From positions 2,208,001 to 2,272,000 of the forward strand of contig CAVYTA010000006.1 of assembly GCA_963771355.1 (NCBI GenBank): a stretch of DNA of 64,000 nt, given 5' to 3'. The notes under the pieces are model-generated. The model saw only the letters and a program-made list of their open reading frames with translations, did no database searches and had not been told where the DNA came from. This DNA comes from an uncultured Candidatus Rokubacteria bacterium (GTDB lineage: Bacteria; Methylomirabilota; Methylomirabilia; Rokubacteriales; CSP1-6). This document shows positions 50,815 to 63,914 of the stretch, piece after piece. The position numbers were made by a program, and so were the translations under genes. The stretch's first letter is position 1. Each line of letters begins with the position of its first letter.

Positions 50815-52323
50815 TCATGTCTCGGGCTCTGCCCAGGCGCGGGCGCGCTCGACGGCGCGACGCCAGCCGCGATAGGCGAGGTCCCGTGCGGCCGGTGAAG
50901 CAGCCGGCGTGAAGCGCCGGTCCAGCCGCCAGCGCCCGCCGAGATCGCCCGGCGCCCAGAGGCCCGCACCCACGCCGGCCAGATAGGCGGCGCCGAGCCC
51001 GGTAGTCTCCGTCACCGCCGGGCGGAGGACCTCCACGCCGAGCATGTCGGCCTGGAACTGGCAGAGGAAGTCGTTGGCAGCGGCGCCGCCGTCGACGCGC
51101 AGGGTGCGAATGGGGGCGCCCGCGTCCGCAGCCATGGCGTCGAGCACGTCGCGGCTCTGATAGGCAATAGCTTCCAGCGCGGCCCGCGCGAGGTGAGCGC
51201 GCCCCGTCCCCCGCGTGAGGCCGACCAGGGTGCCGCGAGCGTAGGGATCCCAGTACGGCGCGCCGAGCCCGACGAAGGCTGGCACCATGTAGACGCCGCC
51301 GGTATCGGGCACCGACTCGGCCAGCGCCTGGGTCTCCGCGGCCTGGGCGATGATGCCGAGCCCGTCGCGCAGCCACTGGATGGCCGCCCCCGCGATGAAC
51401 ACGCTGCCCTCGAGCGCATAGGTGACGCGATCGCCCAGGGACCAGGCCACGGTGGTGAGGAGGCCGTGGGTGGAGGCCACCGGTCGCGCGCCGGTATTGA
51501 CGAGGACGAAGCAGCCGGTCCCGTAGGTGTTCTTGGCGGTGCCCGGCTCGAGGCAATTCTGGCCGAACAGCGCGGCCTGCTGATCCCCTGCGATTCCCGT
51601 GATCGGGATGCCGGCGGGGAGAAGGCCGCCGGCCACCGTCTCGCCGAAGACTCCCGCCGAAGGACGCAGCTCGGGCAGGAGCGCCATCGGCACGCCGAGC
51701 GCGGCGGCCAGCTCGCCGTCCCAGGCGAGCTTCTCGATGTCGAAGCAGAGCGTGCGCGAGGCGTTGGAGGGCTCGGTGGCATGGACCCGGCCGCCGGTGA
51801 GCCGCCAGAGGAGCCAGGTGTCCACCGTGCCGAAGGCCAGCTCACCACGTTCTGCCTGCGCGCGCGCCCCACTGACGTGGTCGAGGAGCCAGCGGATCTT
51901 GGTCCCCGAGAAATAGGCGTCGAGGACCAGGCCGGTCTTGCGCCGGAACAGGCCCTCGAGCCCGTCCGCCTTCATGCGGTCGCACATCTCCGCGGTGCGG
52001 CGGCATTGCCAGACGACGGCGTGATGGATCGGCCGGCCGGAGGCGCGCTCCCACACCAGCGCCGTCTCGCGCTGATTGGTGATGCCGATGGCGCCCACCT
52101 CGGTCCCGTCGATTCCGGCGGCGCGCAGCGCCTGGCCGGCGGCCTCCTCCACCGTGGACCAGATCCGCTCGGGGTCGTGCTCGACCCAGCCGGGCCGGGG
52201 GAAGAGCTGCGGCAGCTCGGCATAGCCGCGCGCGCGCACTGCGCCGTCGGGATCCACCACCAGCGCGGTGGAGCCCGTCGTGCCCTGGTCCAGCGCGAGG
52301 ACGAAGCGGCGAGCCGCGCTCAT
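50815..52323 (-). CDS. glpK: Glycerol kinase
   Basis: [46 protein letters not shown]. Confidence 0.97.
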   Translation of the reverse strand: MSAARRFVLALDQGTTGSTALVVDPDGAVRARGYAELPQLFPRPGWVEHDPERIWSTVEEAAGQALRAAGIDGTEVGAIGITNQRETALVWERASGRPIHHAVVWQCRRTAEMCDRMKADGLEGLFRRKTGLVLDAYFSGTKIRWLLDHVSGARAQAERGELAFGTVDTWLLWRLTGGRVHATEPSNASRTLCFDIEKLAWDGELAAALGVPMALLPELRPSAGVFGETVAGGLLPAGIPITGIAGDQQAALFGQNCLEPGTAKNTYGTGCFVLVNTGARPVASTHGLLTTVAWSLGDRVTYALEGSVFIAGAAIQWLRDGLGIIAQAAETQALAESVPDTGGVYMVPAFVGLGAPYWDPYARGTLVGLTRGTGRAHLARAALEAIAYQSRDVLDAMAADAGAPIRTLRVDGGAAANDFLCQFQADMLGVEVLRPAVTETTGLGAAYLAGVGAGLWAPGDLGGRWRLDRRFTPAASPAARDLAYRGWRRAVERARAWAEPET

Positions 52324-52330
52324 CGCGGGC

Positions 52331-53161
52331 TCACCGGCCCAGGGCGCGCTTGGCCAGGTCGGGCCGGTCGGTGATGATCACGTCTACGCCGAGGTCGATG
52401 AAGCGACGGATGGCCGCTTCGTCGTTCACCGTCCACACGCCGAGGGACATCCGCGCCTTCCGGACGAGCCCGACGGTGTCGGCGTCGAGCAGACCCTGGT
52501 GCAGACCCAGGAAGGTCACGCCGGCCTGGCGCGCGTGGTCCAGCTCCGCCGGGAGGGTCGAGCCCAGGTCCCCCAGGGTCCGACGTGAGTAGAGCGCGCA
52601 CGCGCGCGCGTCCGGTCGGAGCGCGCGCACCCGCCGCCACGTCTCCGGCTCGAAGGCCATCACCACCGTCTCCGGCGTGGCGCCGTGGCGGTCCAGCACC
52701 GCGAACACCTTCTCCTCGATGCCCGGATAGCGCTGGCCCGCCTCGTCCACCTTGATCTCGAGCAGCATCTGGCGCCGCGTGCGCATCGCGAGGACCACCA
52801 CGTCGTCCAGCGCGGGCACCGGCTCGTCCGTGACGGCCCCGGTGCGGTCCCGCAGCCGCAGCGCGCGCAGCTCGGCGAGCGTGCGCTCGCGCACCGGCCC
52901 CCGGCCGGTGGTGGTCCGATCCAGGGTGGGATCGTGGATCACCACCACCTCGCCGTCCTTCGACAGGTGCACGTCGAACTCGAGGAAATCGACGCCGAGG
53001 GACTCGGCGGCATTGCGGAAGGCGAGAAGACTGTTCTCCGGCCAGAGGAGCGCGCCGCCCCGGTGGGCGGCGAAGCGCGTCGTCGAGGTGGCGGACTGGG
53101 CGGCGGAGGGCCCGGCGAGCGCGGCCAGGCAGCTCAGGGTCAGCCCGGCCAGAACGAGCAT
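52331..53161 (-). CDS. Glycerophosphodiester phosphodiesterase (GlpQ/UgpQ family) with predicted signal peptide
   Basis: [37 protein letters not shown]. Confidence 0.92.
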   Translation of the reverse strand: MLVLAGLTLSCLAALAGPSAAQSATSTTRFAAHRGGALLWPENSLLAFRNAAESLGVDFLEFDVHLSKDGEVVVIHDPTLDRTTTGRGPVRERTLAELRALRLRDRTGAVTDEPVPALDDVVVLAMRTRRQMLLEIKVDEAGQRYPGIEEKVFAVLDRHGATPETVVMAFEPETWRRVRALRPDARACALYSRRTLGDLGSTLPAELDHARQAGVTFLGLHQGLLDADTVGLVRKARMSLGVWTVNDEAAIRRFIDLGVDVIITDRPDLAKRALGR

Positions 53162-53163
53162 CC

Positions 53164-54015
53164 TCACTTCTCGCTCTCCACCAGACCCTTCACGAACCAG
53201 CGCTGCATGAACACGACCACCGCGACCGGCGGGAGCATGGCCAGCACCGCAGTGGCCATGATCAGGTTCCAGTCCGTCTGCGCGTCGCCGGTGCCGATCA
53301 TCTTGGTGATGCCGATGACGATGGTGTCCATGCTGCGGCTGGTGGTGATGAGGAGGGGCCAGAGGTACTGGTTCCAGCCGAAGATGAAGAGGATGACGAA
53401 GAGCGCCGCGATATTCGTCCGGGACAGCGGAATCAGGATGTCCTTGAAGAACCGGAGCGGCCCGGCGCCGTCGATCTTGGCGGCCTCCACCAGATTGTCG
53501 GGGATGGTCATGAAGAACTGGCGGAATAGCAGGGTGGCGGTGGCGGAGGCGATGAGGGGGACAGTGAGGCCCGCCACCGTGTTGATCATGCCGAGGTCCG
53601 ATACCACCTTGAAGGTGGGGATGATGCGCACCTCCACCGGCAGCATGAGGGTCACGAAGATCATCCAGAAGAAGAACATGCGCCCCGGGAAGTGGAAGAA
53701 CACCACCGCGTAGGCGGAGATGACGGACACCGCGATCTTCCCGACGGCGATCACGAGGGCCATCACCAGGCTGTTCAGGAGCATCCGGGACACCGGCGGA
53801 GCCTTCACCCGGAGCCCGCTGCCCTCGGTCCAGGCCTGCGCGTAGTTCTCCCGCGCCAGCCCACCGGGGGTGAGGGGAAGGCTCCCCCGCCCGATGGTGC
53901 CCGCGTCGTGCGTGGAGCCGACGAAGGCCATGTAGATGGGGAAGGCGAAGACCACCACGCCGAGGCTGAGCACGAGGTGGGGCAGCCACGCCATCCGAGA
54001 GCGCGACTCGATCAT
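53164..54015 (-). CDS. ugpE: sn-glycerol-3-phosphate ABC permease
   Basis: [46 protein letters not shown]. Confidence 0.94.
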   Translation of the reverse strand: MIESRSRMAWLPHLVLSLGVVVFAFPIYMAFVGSTHDAGTIGRGSLPLTPGGLARENYAQAWTEGSGLRVKAPPVSRMLLNSLVMALVIAVGKIAVSVISAYAVVFFHFPGRMFFFWMIFVTLMLPVEVRIIPTFKVVSDLGMINTVAGLTVPLIASATATLLFRQFFMTIPDNLVEAAKIDGAGPLRFFKDILIPLSRTNIAALFVILFIFGWNQYLWPLLITTSRSMDTIVIGITKMIGTGDAQTDWNLIMATAVLAMLPPVAVVVFMQRWFVKGLVESEK

Positions 54016-54896
54016 CCGTAGTGCACCCGGCGCTCGATGAAGCGGAACTGGAAGGCGGTGAGGGCCATCACCACGATGAGGAGGATGACGGACTGCGCGG
54101 AGGAGCCGCCGAGATCCAGGTTGATCACCCCGTCGACGTAGACCTTGTAGATCAGGGTCTCGGTGGCCTTGCCGGGACCGCCGCCGGTGAGCGCGTGGAT
54201 GGTCCCGAACGTGTCGAAGAAGGCATACACGAGATTGACCACCAGGAGGAAGAAGGTCGTCGGAGACAGGAGCGGGAAGATGATGCTCCAGAAGCGGCGC
54301 GCGGGCCCGGCGCCGTCGATGGCGGCGGCCTCGATCACCGGCTTCTGAATGGCCTGCAGCCCGGCGAGGAAGAAAAGGAAGTTGTAGCTGACCTGCTTCC
54401 ACGACGCGGCCACGATCACCAGGCCCATGGCCTGGGCGCCGTTGAGCTTGTAGTCCCAGGCGATGCCGAGATCGCGGAGGCTCCGCCCCAGGATGCCGAT
54501 GGTGGGATGCAGCACGAAGAGCCACAGCACCGCCGCCACCGCGGGCGCCACCGCGTAGGGCCACATGAGGAGCGTCTTGTACACGCCGGCGCCGCGGATC
54601 TGCCGGTCCGCCATCACCGCGAGAGTGAGGGCGCTCGCCATGGACAGCCCGGTGACGGCGGTGCTGAACACGAACGTCCGCCCCGCCGAGGCCAGGTACA
54701 GCGGATCGGTGAGTACGTGCCGGTAGTTCTCGAGCCCCACGAAGATCAGTCGGAGGCCGAAGGCATCCTGGAGGAAGAACGAGTAGTAGACGGCCTGGCC
54801 GGCGGGCCAGAAGAAGAAGATGAGGGTGATGGCGACCTGGGGCGCCAGGAGCAGATAGGGCAGGAGCTTGCCGTCGAAGATCACGCGCCGGTGCAT
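54012..54896 (-). CDS. ugpA: sn-glycerol-3-phosphate ABC permease
   Basis: [41 protein letters not shown]. Confidence 0.94.
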   Translation of the reverse strand: MHRRVIFDGKLLPYLLLAPQVAITLIFFFWPAGQAVYYSFFLQDAFGLRLIFVGLENYRHVLTDPLYLASAGRTFVFSTAVTGLSMASALTLAVMADRQIRGAGVYKTLLMWPYAVAPAVAAVLWLFVLHPTIGILGRSLRDLGIAWDYKLNGAQAMGLVIVAASWKQVSYNFLFFLAGLQAIQKPVIEAAAIDGAGPARRFWSIIFPLLSPTTFFLLVVNLVYAFFDTFGTIHALTGGGPGKATETLIYKVYVDGVINLDLGGSSAQSVILLIVVMALTAFQFRFIERRVHYG

Positions 54897-54956
54897 GGGG
54901 CCTCCATGCGCCCGGCGCGTGTGCCCGTGGCCATCTGGTGCCGGGGCCGACTCAGC

Positions 54957-56297
54957 CTAGGAGCGATTCGCCCGCTCGAAGTTCCGGAGGACGACGTTAC
55001 CCCGCTGGACGGCGCTGTCGAGCGCCTGCTGGGCGGTCTGCTGGCCCTGGAAGGCCTTCTCCAGCTCCTCCTGGATGATGTTGCGGATCTCCGGCATGTT
55101 GCCCAGGCGCAGGCCGCGCGAGTTCTCGCTCGGCTGCGTCCGGGTGAGCTGGAGATAGGGAATGTCCGTGCCCGGGTTCTGCTGGTAGAAGCCCGACGCC
55201 TTCACCTTCTCGTAACCGGCGATGGTCACGGGGAGGAAGCCGGTGTCGGTGTGCCACTTCGCTACCACCTCGGGCTGGCTGATGTAGCGGAAGAACTCGG
55301 CCACCGCCTTGTACTCCTCCGGCTTGCGGGTCGGGGAGGTCATCACCCAGAAGCTCGCCCCGCCGATGATGGAGTTCTTGGGCGCATTGGGCGTGCCCGG
55401 CCAGTACGGCAGCATGGTGGCGCCCCAGTCGAACTTGGCCTCGCGCAGGATGCGGGCGCGGAGGCCCGAGGAAGCGTGGATCATGGCGCACTCGCCCGAG
55501 GGGAAGAGCGCGTCGCCGGCGGCGTCGCGCCCGCCGTACTTGAAGGTCCCCTCCTTCTGCATGTCCATGAGCGCCTGCACGTGCCTGACGTGGAGCGGGC
55601 TATTGATCTTGAGCTCGGCGTCGAGGCCCTCCATCCCGTTGGCCTTGGTGGCGAGCGGGACGTCGTGGATGGCGCTGAACTGCTCGAACTGCGCCCACGT
55701 CGGCCAGGCGGTGGTGAAGGCGCACGGCGCGGCGTTGGCGGCCTTGATCTTCCTCGCCGCCGCGATGAGGTCGGGCCAGGTCTGCGGCGGCTTGGCGGGG
55801 TCGAGGCCCGCCTTCTTGAAGGCGTCCTTGTTGTAGAACATGATCGTCGTCGAGCTGTTGAACGGCATCGACACCATGCGGCCGTCGGGCAGGCTGTAGT
55901 ACCCCTTCACCGCAGGGACATAGGCGTTCGGGTCGAAGGTCACGCCCGTCTCGCGCATCAGCTCGTGCACGGGCTTCACCGCGCCGCGCGCGGACATCAT
56001 GGTGGCGGTGCCCACCTCGAACATCTGCACGATGTGCGGTGCATTGCCGGCCCGGAAGGCGGCGATCGCGCCCACCATGGTCTCGGGATAGGAGCCCTTG
56101 AAGCTCGAGTTGACCTGATACTGAGTTTGCGACGCGTTGAAGTCCGCCGCGATCTTCTCGAGGAGCCCACCCAGCGGCTGCCCGAGGCCATGCCAGAACT
56201 CCACCTGGACGCGGGATTGCGCGCGGGTGGGCAGGACGGTGAATACGGTGGTGGCCAGGACAAGCGCCACGAAGATAGCGAGGTTTCGACGAGTCAT
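54957..56297 (-). CDS. ugpB: sn-glycerol-3-phosphate binding protein
   Basis: FWHG, AAFRAGNAPHIVQMFEVGTATMM, PFNSST, NSIIGGAS, GLRLGN. Confidence 0.94.
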   Translation of the reverse strand: MTRRNLAIFVALVLATTVFTVLPTRAQSRVQVEFWHGLGQPLGGLLEKIAADFNASQTQYQVNSSFKGSYPETMVGAIAAFRAGNAPHIVQMFEVGTATMMSARGAVKPVHELMRETGVTFDPNAYVPAVKGYYSLPDGRMVSMPFNSSTTIMFYNKDAFKKAGLDPAKPPQTWPDLIAAARKIKAANAAPCAFTTAWPTWAQFEQFSAIHDVPLATKANGMEGLDAELKINSPLHVRHVQALMDMQKEGTFKYGGRDAAGDALFPSGECAMIHASSGLRARILREAKFDWGATMLPYWPGTPNAPKNSIIGGASFWVMTSPTRKPEEYKAVAEFFRYISQPEVVAKWHTDTGFLPVTIAGYEKVKASGFYQQNPGTDIPYLQLTRTQPSENSRGLRLGNMPEIRNIIQEELEKAFQGQQTAQQALDSAVQRGNVVLRNFERANRS

Positions 56298-56339
56298 GCC
56301 GGGGTTCCCCCTTGCCGCGAAGTTCAGTGTGAGCAACGC

Positions 56340-56368
56340 ATTCTAATGCACGGACTGCGACGGGGCAA
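56340..56368 (-). promoter_or_regulatory. Putative sigma70 promoter of the ugpB operon
   Basis: Minus strand TTGCCC-17 nt-TAGAAT. Confidence 0.6.
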
Positions 56369-56392
56369 TCATCGCACCGATGGTAGTGGATT

Positions 56393-56584
56393 GGCGAGCC
56401 GCAGCCGAAGGCGAGGCGAGCGGATCAGTAATGGTGTCCCCGAGCGGAGCGAGGGGGGCGAGCCGCAGCCGAAGGCGAGGCGAGCGGATCAGTAATGGTG
56501 TCCCCGAGCGGAACGAGGGGGGCGAGCCGCCGCCGAAGGCGAGGCGAGCGGACAAGTAATGGGTCTCCCCGAGCGGAGCGAGGG
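56393..56584. repeat. Tandem repeat, 3 x 64 bp, REP-like
   Basis: Units start at 56393, 56457 and 56521; consensus GGCGAGCCGCAGCCGAAGGCGAGGCGAGCGGATCAGTAATGGTGTCCCCGAGCGGAGCGAGGGG; third unit degenerate. Confidence 0.95.
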
Positions 56585-56587
56585 CGG

Positions 56588-58225
56588 TTACGCGGGTTGC
56601 CGGAAGCGGTGGGAGCGGTCGACGTGCTTCTGGTAGGCCTCGAGCTCGGCGTCCAGGCGCCGGGAAGACCAGCCGGCCACCTCGGCCATGCGCCGGCCGA
56701 TGGTCTCCGCGCAGTCGAGACCCTGGCAGAGGCTCTGGCCGATGCCGGTGCGGCGGATGAGCACGTCCTGCAGGGAGACCGCCATCTCCTCGCGCACCGC
56801 GTGGTGGAGCTGGGCCACGATCTCGGGATTGGAGGGGCAGAGGCGCTCGGCGCCGTCCGGCAGCTTCTTGGCCAGCTCGAGAACCCGCGCGTAGCCACCA
56901 CCGTACGTATCCACCAGCACCTGGAGCGTCTCCCGGGGCAGCCCGGTGGCCGCCATCTCCGCGGAGACGTCGAGCCAGGCGCGCGCCTCCAGCTTGGCCA
57001 CGTCCTCGTCGAGCCCATCCAGGCTGAGCCGCGCGGAGGTGGACGGCTGCCGGCGGCCGATACGCGCCATCACGAGGTCGCCCACCTCCTCGGACAGGCT
57101 CCGGAAGCAGGTGAGCTTGGTGCCGGTCACGGTGAGGAGACGATCCTCCGGGCCCTCCAGCACCACCTTGTGATCCCTCGAGACCTTGGAGGCGGCGGCG
57201 CCCGACTCGAACGAGAGCGGCCGCACGCCCGCGTAAGTGTAGGCGACGTGTTCAAGGGTCACCCGCGGGTCCGGCAGCACACGGCGCACGGCGCTCAAGA
57301 GGTACTCCACCTCCTCGCGCGTGGCCCAGAGCCGGTCGGGATCGCCGGCGAAATCGGTGTCGGTAGTCCCCACCAGGGAGAAGTCGCGCCACGGGATCAC
57401 GAAGATCATCCGCTCGTCGGAGTCGGAGGAGAGGTAGACCGCGCGCTCGGTGAGCCGGGGCAGCAGGCAGTGGATGCCCTTGGTGGTGCGGACCACGCGC
57501 GGGGTGGTGCGGGTCACGCCCGCCAGCTCGCGCACGCGGTCCGCCCAGGGCCCCGCCGCGTTGACGACCACGGAGGCACGCACCGAGAAGACTTGATCCG
57601 TGAGGAGGTCGCGCACCCGCACCCCGTCGAGGCCCCGCGTTCCCTTCACGATCTCTTCCACCTGGCAGTAGTTGTGGACGCGCGCGCCGTGGCGCGCCGC
57701 CGACAGGATGTTCTCCAGGCACATCCGCTCGGGGAAGAGGAGGAGGTCGTCGAAGTAGTAGCCGGCCCCCTTGAGGTCCTCAGCGCGAATGTTCGGTTCC
57801 ATGGCGAGGGTGTCCACTGCCCGCAGGGTGCGGTACCGCTCGGTGACCTTGCCGGGAGTGAGGAGGTCGTAGAGCCACATGCCGATGCGGACGAGGACGA
57901 GCCCGCGCCGACTCCCCTTGAACACCGGGACCAGGAAGGGCAACGGCCGCACCAGGTGCGGCGCCACGCGCTCCAGCGTCTTCCGTTCGCGGAGCGACTC
58001 GCGCACGAGCTTGAAGTCGCCCAGTTCGAGATAGCGCAGGCCGCCGTGAATGAGCTTGGACGATTTCGACGAGGTGCCGGAGGCGAAGTCGCCCTTCTCG
58101 AAGAGCGCGACGGCGACACCGCGGAGGGCGAGGTCCCGCGCGATGCCGGCGCCGGCCATGCCGCCCCCGATCACCACCGCGTTGAACGGCGTCTGGTCGA
58201 TGCCCGCGAGCCGGCTCTGGATCAT
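56588..58225 (-). CDS. glpD: FAD-dependent glycerol-3-phosphate dehydrogenase
   Basis: VIGGGMAGAG, DFASGTSSKSSKLIHGGLRYLE, VVNAAGPW, GTTD, YAGVRPL. Confidence 0.93.
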   Translation of the reverse strand: MIQSRLAGIDQTPFNAVVIGGGMAGAGIARDLALRGVAVALFEKGDFASGTSSKSSKLIHGGLRYLELGDFKLVRESLRERKTLERVAPHLVRPLPFLVPVFKGSRRGLVLVRIGMWLYDLLTPGKVTERYRTLRAVDTLAMEPNIRAEDLKGAGYYFDDLLLFPERMCLENILSAARHGARVHNYCQVEEIVKGTRGLDGVRVRDLLTDQVFSVRASVVVNAAGPWADRVRELAGVTRTTPRVVRTTKGIHCLLPRLTERAVYLSSDSDERMIFVIPWRDFSLVGTTDTDFAGDPDRLWATREEVEYLLSAVRRVLPDPRVTLEHVAYTYAGVRPLSFESGAAASKVSRDHKVVLEGPEDRLLTVTGTKLTCFRSLSEEVGDLVMARIGRRQPSTSARLSLDGLDEDVAKLEARAWLDVSAEMAATGLPRETLQVLVDTYGGGYARVLELAKKLPDGAERLCPSNPEIVAQLHHAVREEMAVSLQDVLIRRTGIGQSLCQGLDCAETIGRRMAEVAGWSSRRLDAELEAYQKHVDRSHRFRQPA

Positions 58226-58232
58226 GATGTGC

Positions 58233-59012
58233 TCACGACAGAATCTCTCGCACGGATCGTATCACGTGGTCGGGAGCGAGGCCGGGGATTCGCGGGTCGT
58301 CGGGCCGCGTGATCCCGCTCAGCACGAGAATGGTGGCGAGTCCGCTGCGCTTGCCCATCGCCACGTCGGTCTCGATGCGGTCGCCCACCATCACCGCGTC
58401 CGCCGCGGCCACGCCGAGCGCGGACAGCGCCACCTCGAGGATGATGGGGGAGGGCTTTCCCACGATGGTCTCCACCTTTCGGTCCGTCACCGCTTCCACC
58501 GCTGCAATCATCCCCGCGCAGTCGGGGATCTCGCCGCCCTCCACCGGGCAGGTGCGATCGGGATTGGTGGCGATGAGGCGTGCGCCCCCCTTCACCGCCT
58601 GCAATGCGGTGTTGAGCTTGGCATAGGTGAAGGTGCGGTCGAAGGCGATGACCACCCAGCGGACGCGCTCGTCATCACGCACCTCGAAGCCGTGCGCGCG
58701 CATCTCCGCCAGCAGCGGCGGCTCGCCGATCACGTACACCGGCGCGCCGGGGTCGAGCACGTGCAGGTGCCGGGCCAGCACCAGCGACGCCGTGATCACC
58801 TCGTCCGCGTCCACCGGGATGCCGAGGCGGGTGAGCTTGCGCGCGTAGTCGGCGCGCGTCTCCAGCGGCTTGTTGGTCAGGAAGGCGAGACGCCGGGCCT
58901 CCGCGCGCAGCGCCGCCACCACCTCGGCGGCGCCGGGGACGAGGCGCTCGCCCACGTAGATGGTGCCGTCGAGGTCGAAGAGCCAGCCGCGATACGGGAA
59001 CCTGACCGCCAT
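58233..59012 (-). CDS. HAD-IIA family phosphatase (NagD/PGP-like)
   Basis: FDLDGT, FLTN, IATNPD, GKPS, MVGDRIETD, LVLSG. Confidence 0.92.
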   Translation of the reverse strand: MAVRFPYRGWLFDLDGTIYVGERLVPGAAEVVAALRAEARRLAFLTNKPLETRADYARKLTRLGIPVDADEVITASLVLARHLHVLDPGAPVYVIGEPPLLAEMRAHGFEVRDDERVRWVVIAFDRTFTYAKLNTALQAVKGGARLIATNPDRTCPVEGGEIPDCAGMIAAVEAVTDRKVETIVGKPSPIILEVALSALGVAAADAVMVGDRIETDVAMGKRSGLATILVLSGITRPDDPRIPGLAPDHVIRSVREILS

Positions 59013-59039
59013 GGCGCGGTGCGGAACCCGCCGGGCGCC

Positions 59040-60512
59040 CTACCGGAGGAGCGGGGCGAGCGCGGTCTGGGCGAGGTCGAAGTACGCCGCCGGCATCACG
59101 CCCAGCCACACTACCCCGCAGAGCGCGACGAGGATGGCGAGCGAGCCGCCCAGCGAGGGGACCATCACGGTGGGGGCGCCGTCCGGCTCCCGCATGTACA
59201 TCACCACCACGATGCGAAGGTAATAGTAGGCGGCCACGGCGGAGTTGAGCACCCCGATCACCGCCAACCACACATAGCCCGCACGCACGGCCGCGCCGAA
59301 GAGATAGAACTTCCCCACGAAGCCGGCGGTGGGGGGGATGCCCACCAGCGAGAGGAGGAAGATCGTCAGCACCAGCGCCATCACCGGATGCCGCGCGGCG
59401 AGCCCGGCGAGGTCCGCGGTCTCCACTGCCTCGCGGCCGCCCCGCTCGAGGAGCAGGATCACACCGAAGGCCCCCGCGGTGGTGAACGTGTACACGAGGA
59501 GATAGAAGAGCACGCTGGAGTTGCCGAGGGAGCCCCCCGCCGCCACGCCGATGAGAATATAGCCCACGTGGGCGATGGACGAGTACGCCAGCATGCGCTT
59601 GACGTTCTGCTGGGCGATGGCCACCACGTTCCCCACCGTCATGCTGAGCACGGCCAGCCCCCACATGAGCAGCGACCAGTCCGCCTGACCCTGGCGCAGC
59701 GCCACCAGCAGCACGCGCAGCAGGGCGGCGAAGGCGGCCGCCTTGGAGCCGGTGGCGATGAGGATGGTGATGGACGTGGGCGCGCCCTGATACACGTCGG
59801 ACACCCACATGTGGAAGGGCACGGTGGAGATCTTGAAGCCGAAGCCCACCACCAGGAGGCCGAAGCCCACCAGCAGCAGCGGATCCCGCGCGGGCCCCGC
59901 CCCGATGGCGACGGCGATGCGGTCGATGTTGGTGGTGCCGGTGGCCCCGTACACGAGCGCGATACCGTAGAGGAAGAACCCGGAGGCGAAGGCGCCGAGC
60001 AGGAAGTACTTCATCGAGGCCTCGGCGGACTCGATGCGGCCGCGGAACGATCCCGCCAGCACGTAGAGCGCGAGGGACATGGTCTCCAGGCCGAGGAACA
60101 CCACGATGAGGTCGCCCGCCCCTGCCATCAGGGTCATTCCCACCGCGGCGAGGATGACGAGGATGTAGAACTCGCCGGACTCCGCGCCCTGCCGGCGGGC
60201 GTAGTCGAGCGACTGCAAGAGCACCAGGCCCACCCCGAAGCCGATCACCAGGTTGAAGAAGATGGCGAAACCGTCCAGGATCACCATGCCCTGGAAGGCG
60301 CGCTCGTCGGCGCCCCAGAGATACAGCGAGACCACCAGCGAGCCCACGATCCCCGCCAGGCCTACCACGCCCATGTGCTCCTTGCGCTCCCGCGGGGGCA
60401 GGAGATCGAGGACAAGGAGCACCAGCGCGGTGATGGCAAGCACCAGCACCGGCCCGATGGCCGCGAGGTTGATGGCCGGAGCGACGAGGGCGGGAGCGAG
60501 GGTGGGCGGCAT
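59040..60512 (-). CDS. nuoN: NADH-quinone oxidoreductase subunit N
   Basis: GLETMSL, EASMKYFLLG, FKISTVPFHMW, KRMLAYSSIAH, GIPPTAGFVGKF. Confidence 0.94.
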   Translation of the reverse strand: MPPTLAPALVAPAINLAAIGPVLVLAITALVLLVLDLLPPRERKEHMGVVGLAGIVGSLVVSLYLWGADERAFQGMVILDGFAIFFNLVIGFGVGLVLLQSLDYARRQGAESGEFYILVILAAVGMTLMAGAGDLIVVFLGLETMSLALYVLAGSFRGRIESAEASMKYFLLGAFASGFFLYGIALVYGATGTTNIDRIAVAIGAGPARDPLLLVGFGLLVVGFGFKISTVPFHMWVSDVYQGAPTSITILIATGSKAAAFAALLRVLLVALRQGQADWSLLMWGLAVLSMTVGNVVAIAQQNVKRMLAYSSIAHVGYILIGVAAGGSLGNSSVLFYLLVYTFTTAGAFGVILLLERGGREAVETADLAGLAARHPVMALVLTIFLLSLVGIPPTAGFVGKFYLFGAAVRAGYVWLAVIGVLNSAVAAYYYLRIVVVMYMREPDGAPTVMVPSLGGSLAILVALCGVVWLGVMPAAYFDLAQTALAPLLR

Positions 60513-60516
60513 GGGG

Positions 60517-62030
60517 CTAACGCACGGCCAGCGCGGCGGTAGCCGCGGCCTTGGCCTGTACCTGGCTGATCAGGGCCTGCACACTCGCCTCCGTGAGCCG
60601 GGTGAAGGGCGCGGGGTAGACGCCGATCCACACGATGAACAGGAGCACCGGCGCCAGCACCACCCACTCGCGCACGCTCAGATCCGGGAGCCGGCGGTTC
60701 TCCTCCCGCGTGATCTCGCCGAAGAACACCCGCTGGTACATCCACAACATGTACACCGCGGCGAAGATGATGCCGGTGGTGGCCAGCACCGCCACGGTTC
60801 GGTTCCACTGGAAGGCGCCGACCAGGATGAGGAACTCGCCCACGAACCCGTTGAGGCCGGGCAGCCCGATGGAGGACAAGGTCACCACCAGGAAGAGCGC
60901 GCTGAAGGCGGGCATCACCTTCCACAGCCCGCCGTAGTCCTCGATGAGCCGGGTGTGGCGCCGCTCGTAGATCATGCCCACCAGAAGGAAGAGCGCGCCG
61001 GTGCTGAGCCCGTGGTTCACCATCTGGATGATCCCGCCCACCAGACCCTGGGGATTCAGCGCGAACACGCCCAGCATGACGAAACCCAGGTGGCTCACGC
61101 TGGAATAGGCCACCAGCTTCTTGATGTCGGCCTGCACGGTGGACACCCACGCCCCGTAGATGATGCCGATCACGGCGAGGGCGATCACCCAGGGCGCGAA
61201 GGTGATGCTGGCCTGGGGAAAGAGCGGCAAGCAGAATCGCAGGAAACCGTAGGTTCCCATCTTCAGGAGCACGCCGGCGAGGATCACGCTGCCGGGGGTG
61301 GGCGCCTCCACGTGCGCGTCGGGGAGCCAGGTGTGGAAGGGGAACATCGGCACCTTGATGGCGAAGGCCAGCGCAAAGGCGAGGAAGAGGAGATTCTGGG
61401 TCTGGCCGCCGGGGAGCACGTACTGGGTGAGCAGGGGCAGGTCGAAGGTGTAGTTGCCGGTCGCGGCGCCGTGCTGGAAGAACAGCGCTAGGATGGCGAC
61501 CAGCATCAGCAGGGAGCCGGCCAGGGTGTAGAGCACGAACTTCACCGCCGCGTACACGCGGTTCGTCCCGCCCCAGATCCCGATGATCAGGTACATCGGG
61601 ATGAGCATGGCCTCCCAGAACACGTAGAAGAGGAACAGGTCCAGCGCCACGAACACCCCGAGCATCCCCGTCTCCAGGAGCAGCATGGTGACGGCGAACT
61701 CCTTCCACCGCTTCTCGATGGAGTGCCAGGAGGCGAGGAGCGTGAGGGGCATCAGGAAGGTGGTCAGGAGCACGAGAAGGAGGCTGATGCCGTCGATCCC
61801 CAGGTGGTAGGTGATGCCCAGCGTGGGCATCCAGGGCCGGCGCTCCTGGAACTGGTAGTCGGCCACCCGCGCGTCGAAACCGAAATAGATCGGCAGCGAC
61901 ACCACGAAGGTGATGAGCGCCACCGCCAGGGTCGCCTGCTTGACCAGGCCCTCGCGGTCGCGCGGCAGCAGCGTGATCAGCAGGCCGCCCAGGGCGGGCA
62001 GGAACACCACGAGGGACAGCGCGAGGCCCC

Positions 62031-62034
<4 letters not shown>
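60517..62034 (-). CDS. nuoM: NADH-quinone oxidoreductase subunit M
   Basis: FYVFWEAMLIPM, KVPMFPFHTWLPDAHVEAP, LLKMGTYG, AYSSVSH, GLPGLNGFVGE. Confidence 0.95.

Positions 62035-63914
<1,880 letters not shown>

Noticed and set aside
56393..56584. CRISPR array
   Set aside because: Units repeat over their whole 64 bp with no unique spacers, and there are no cas genes
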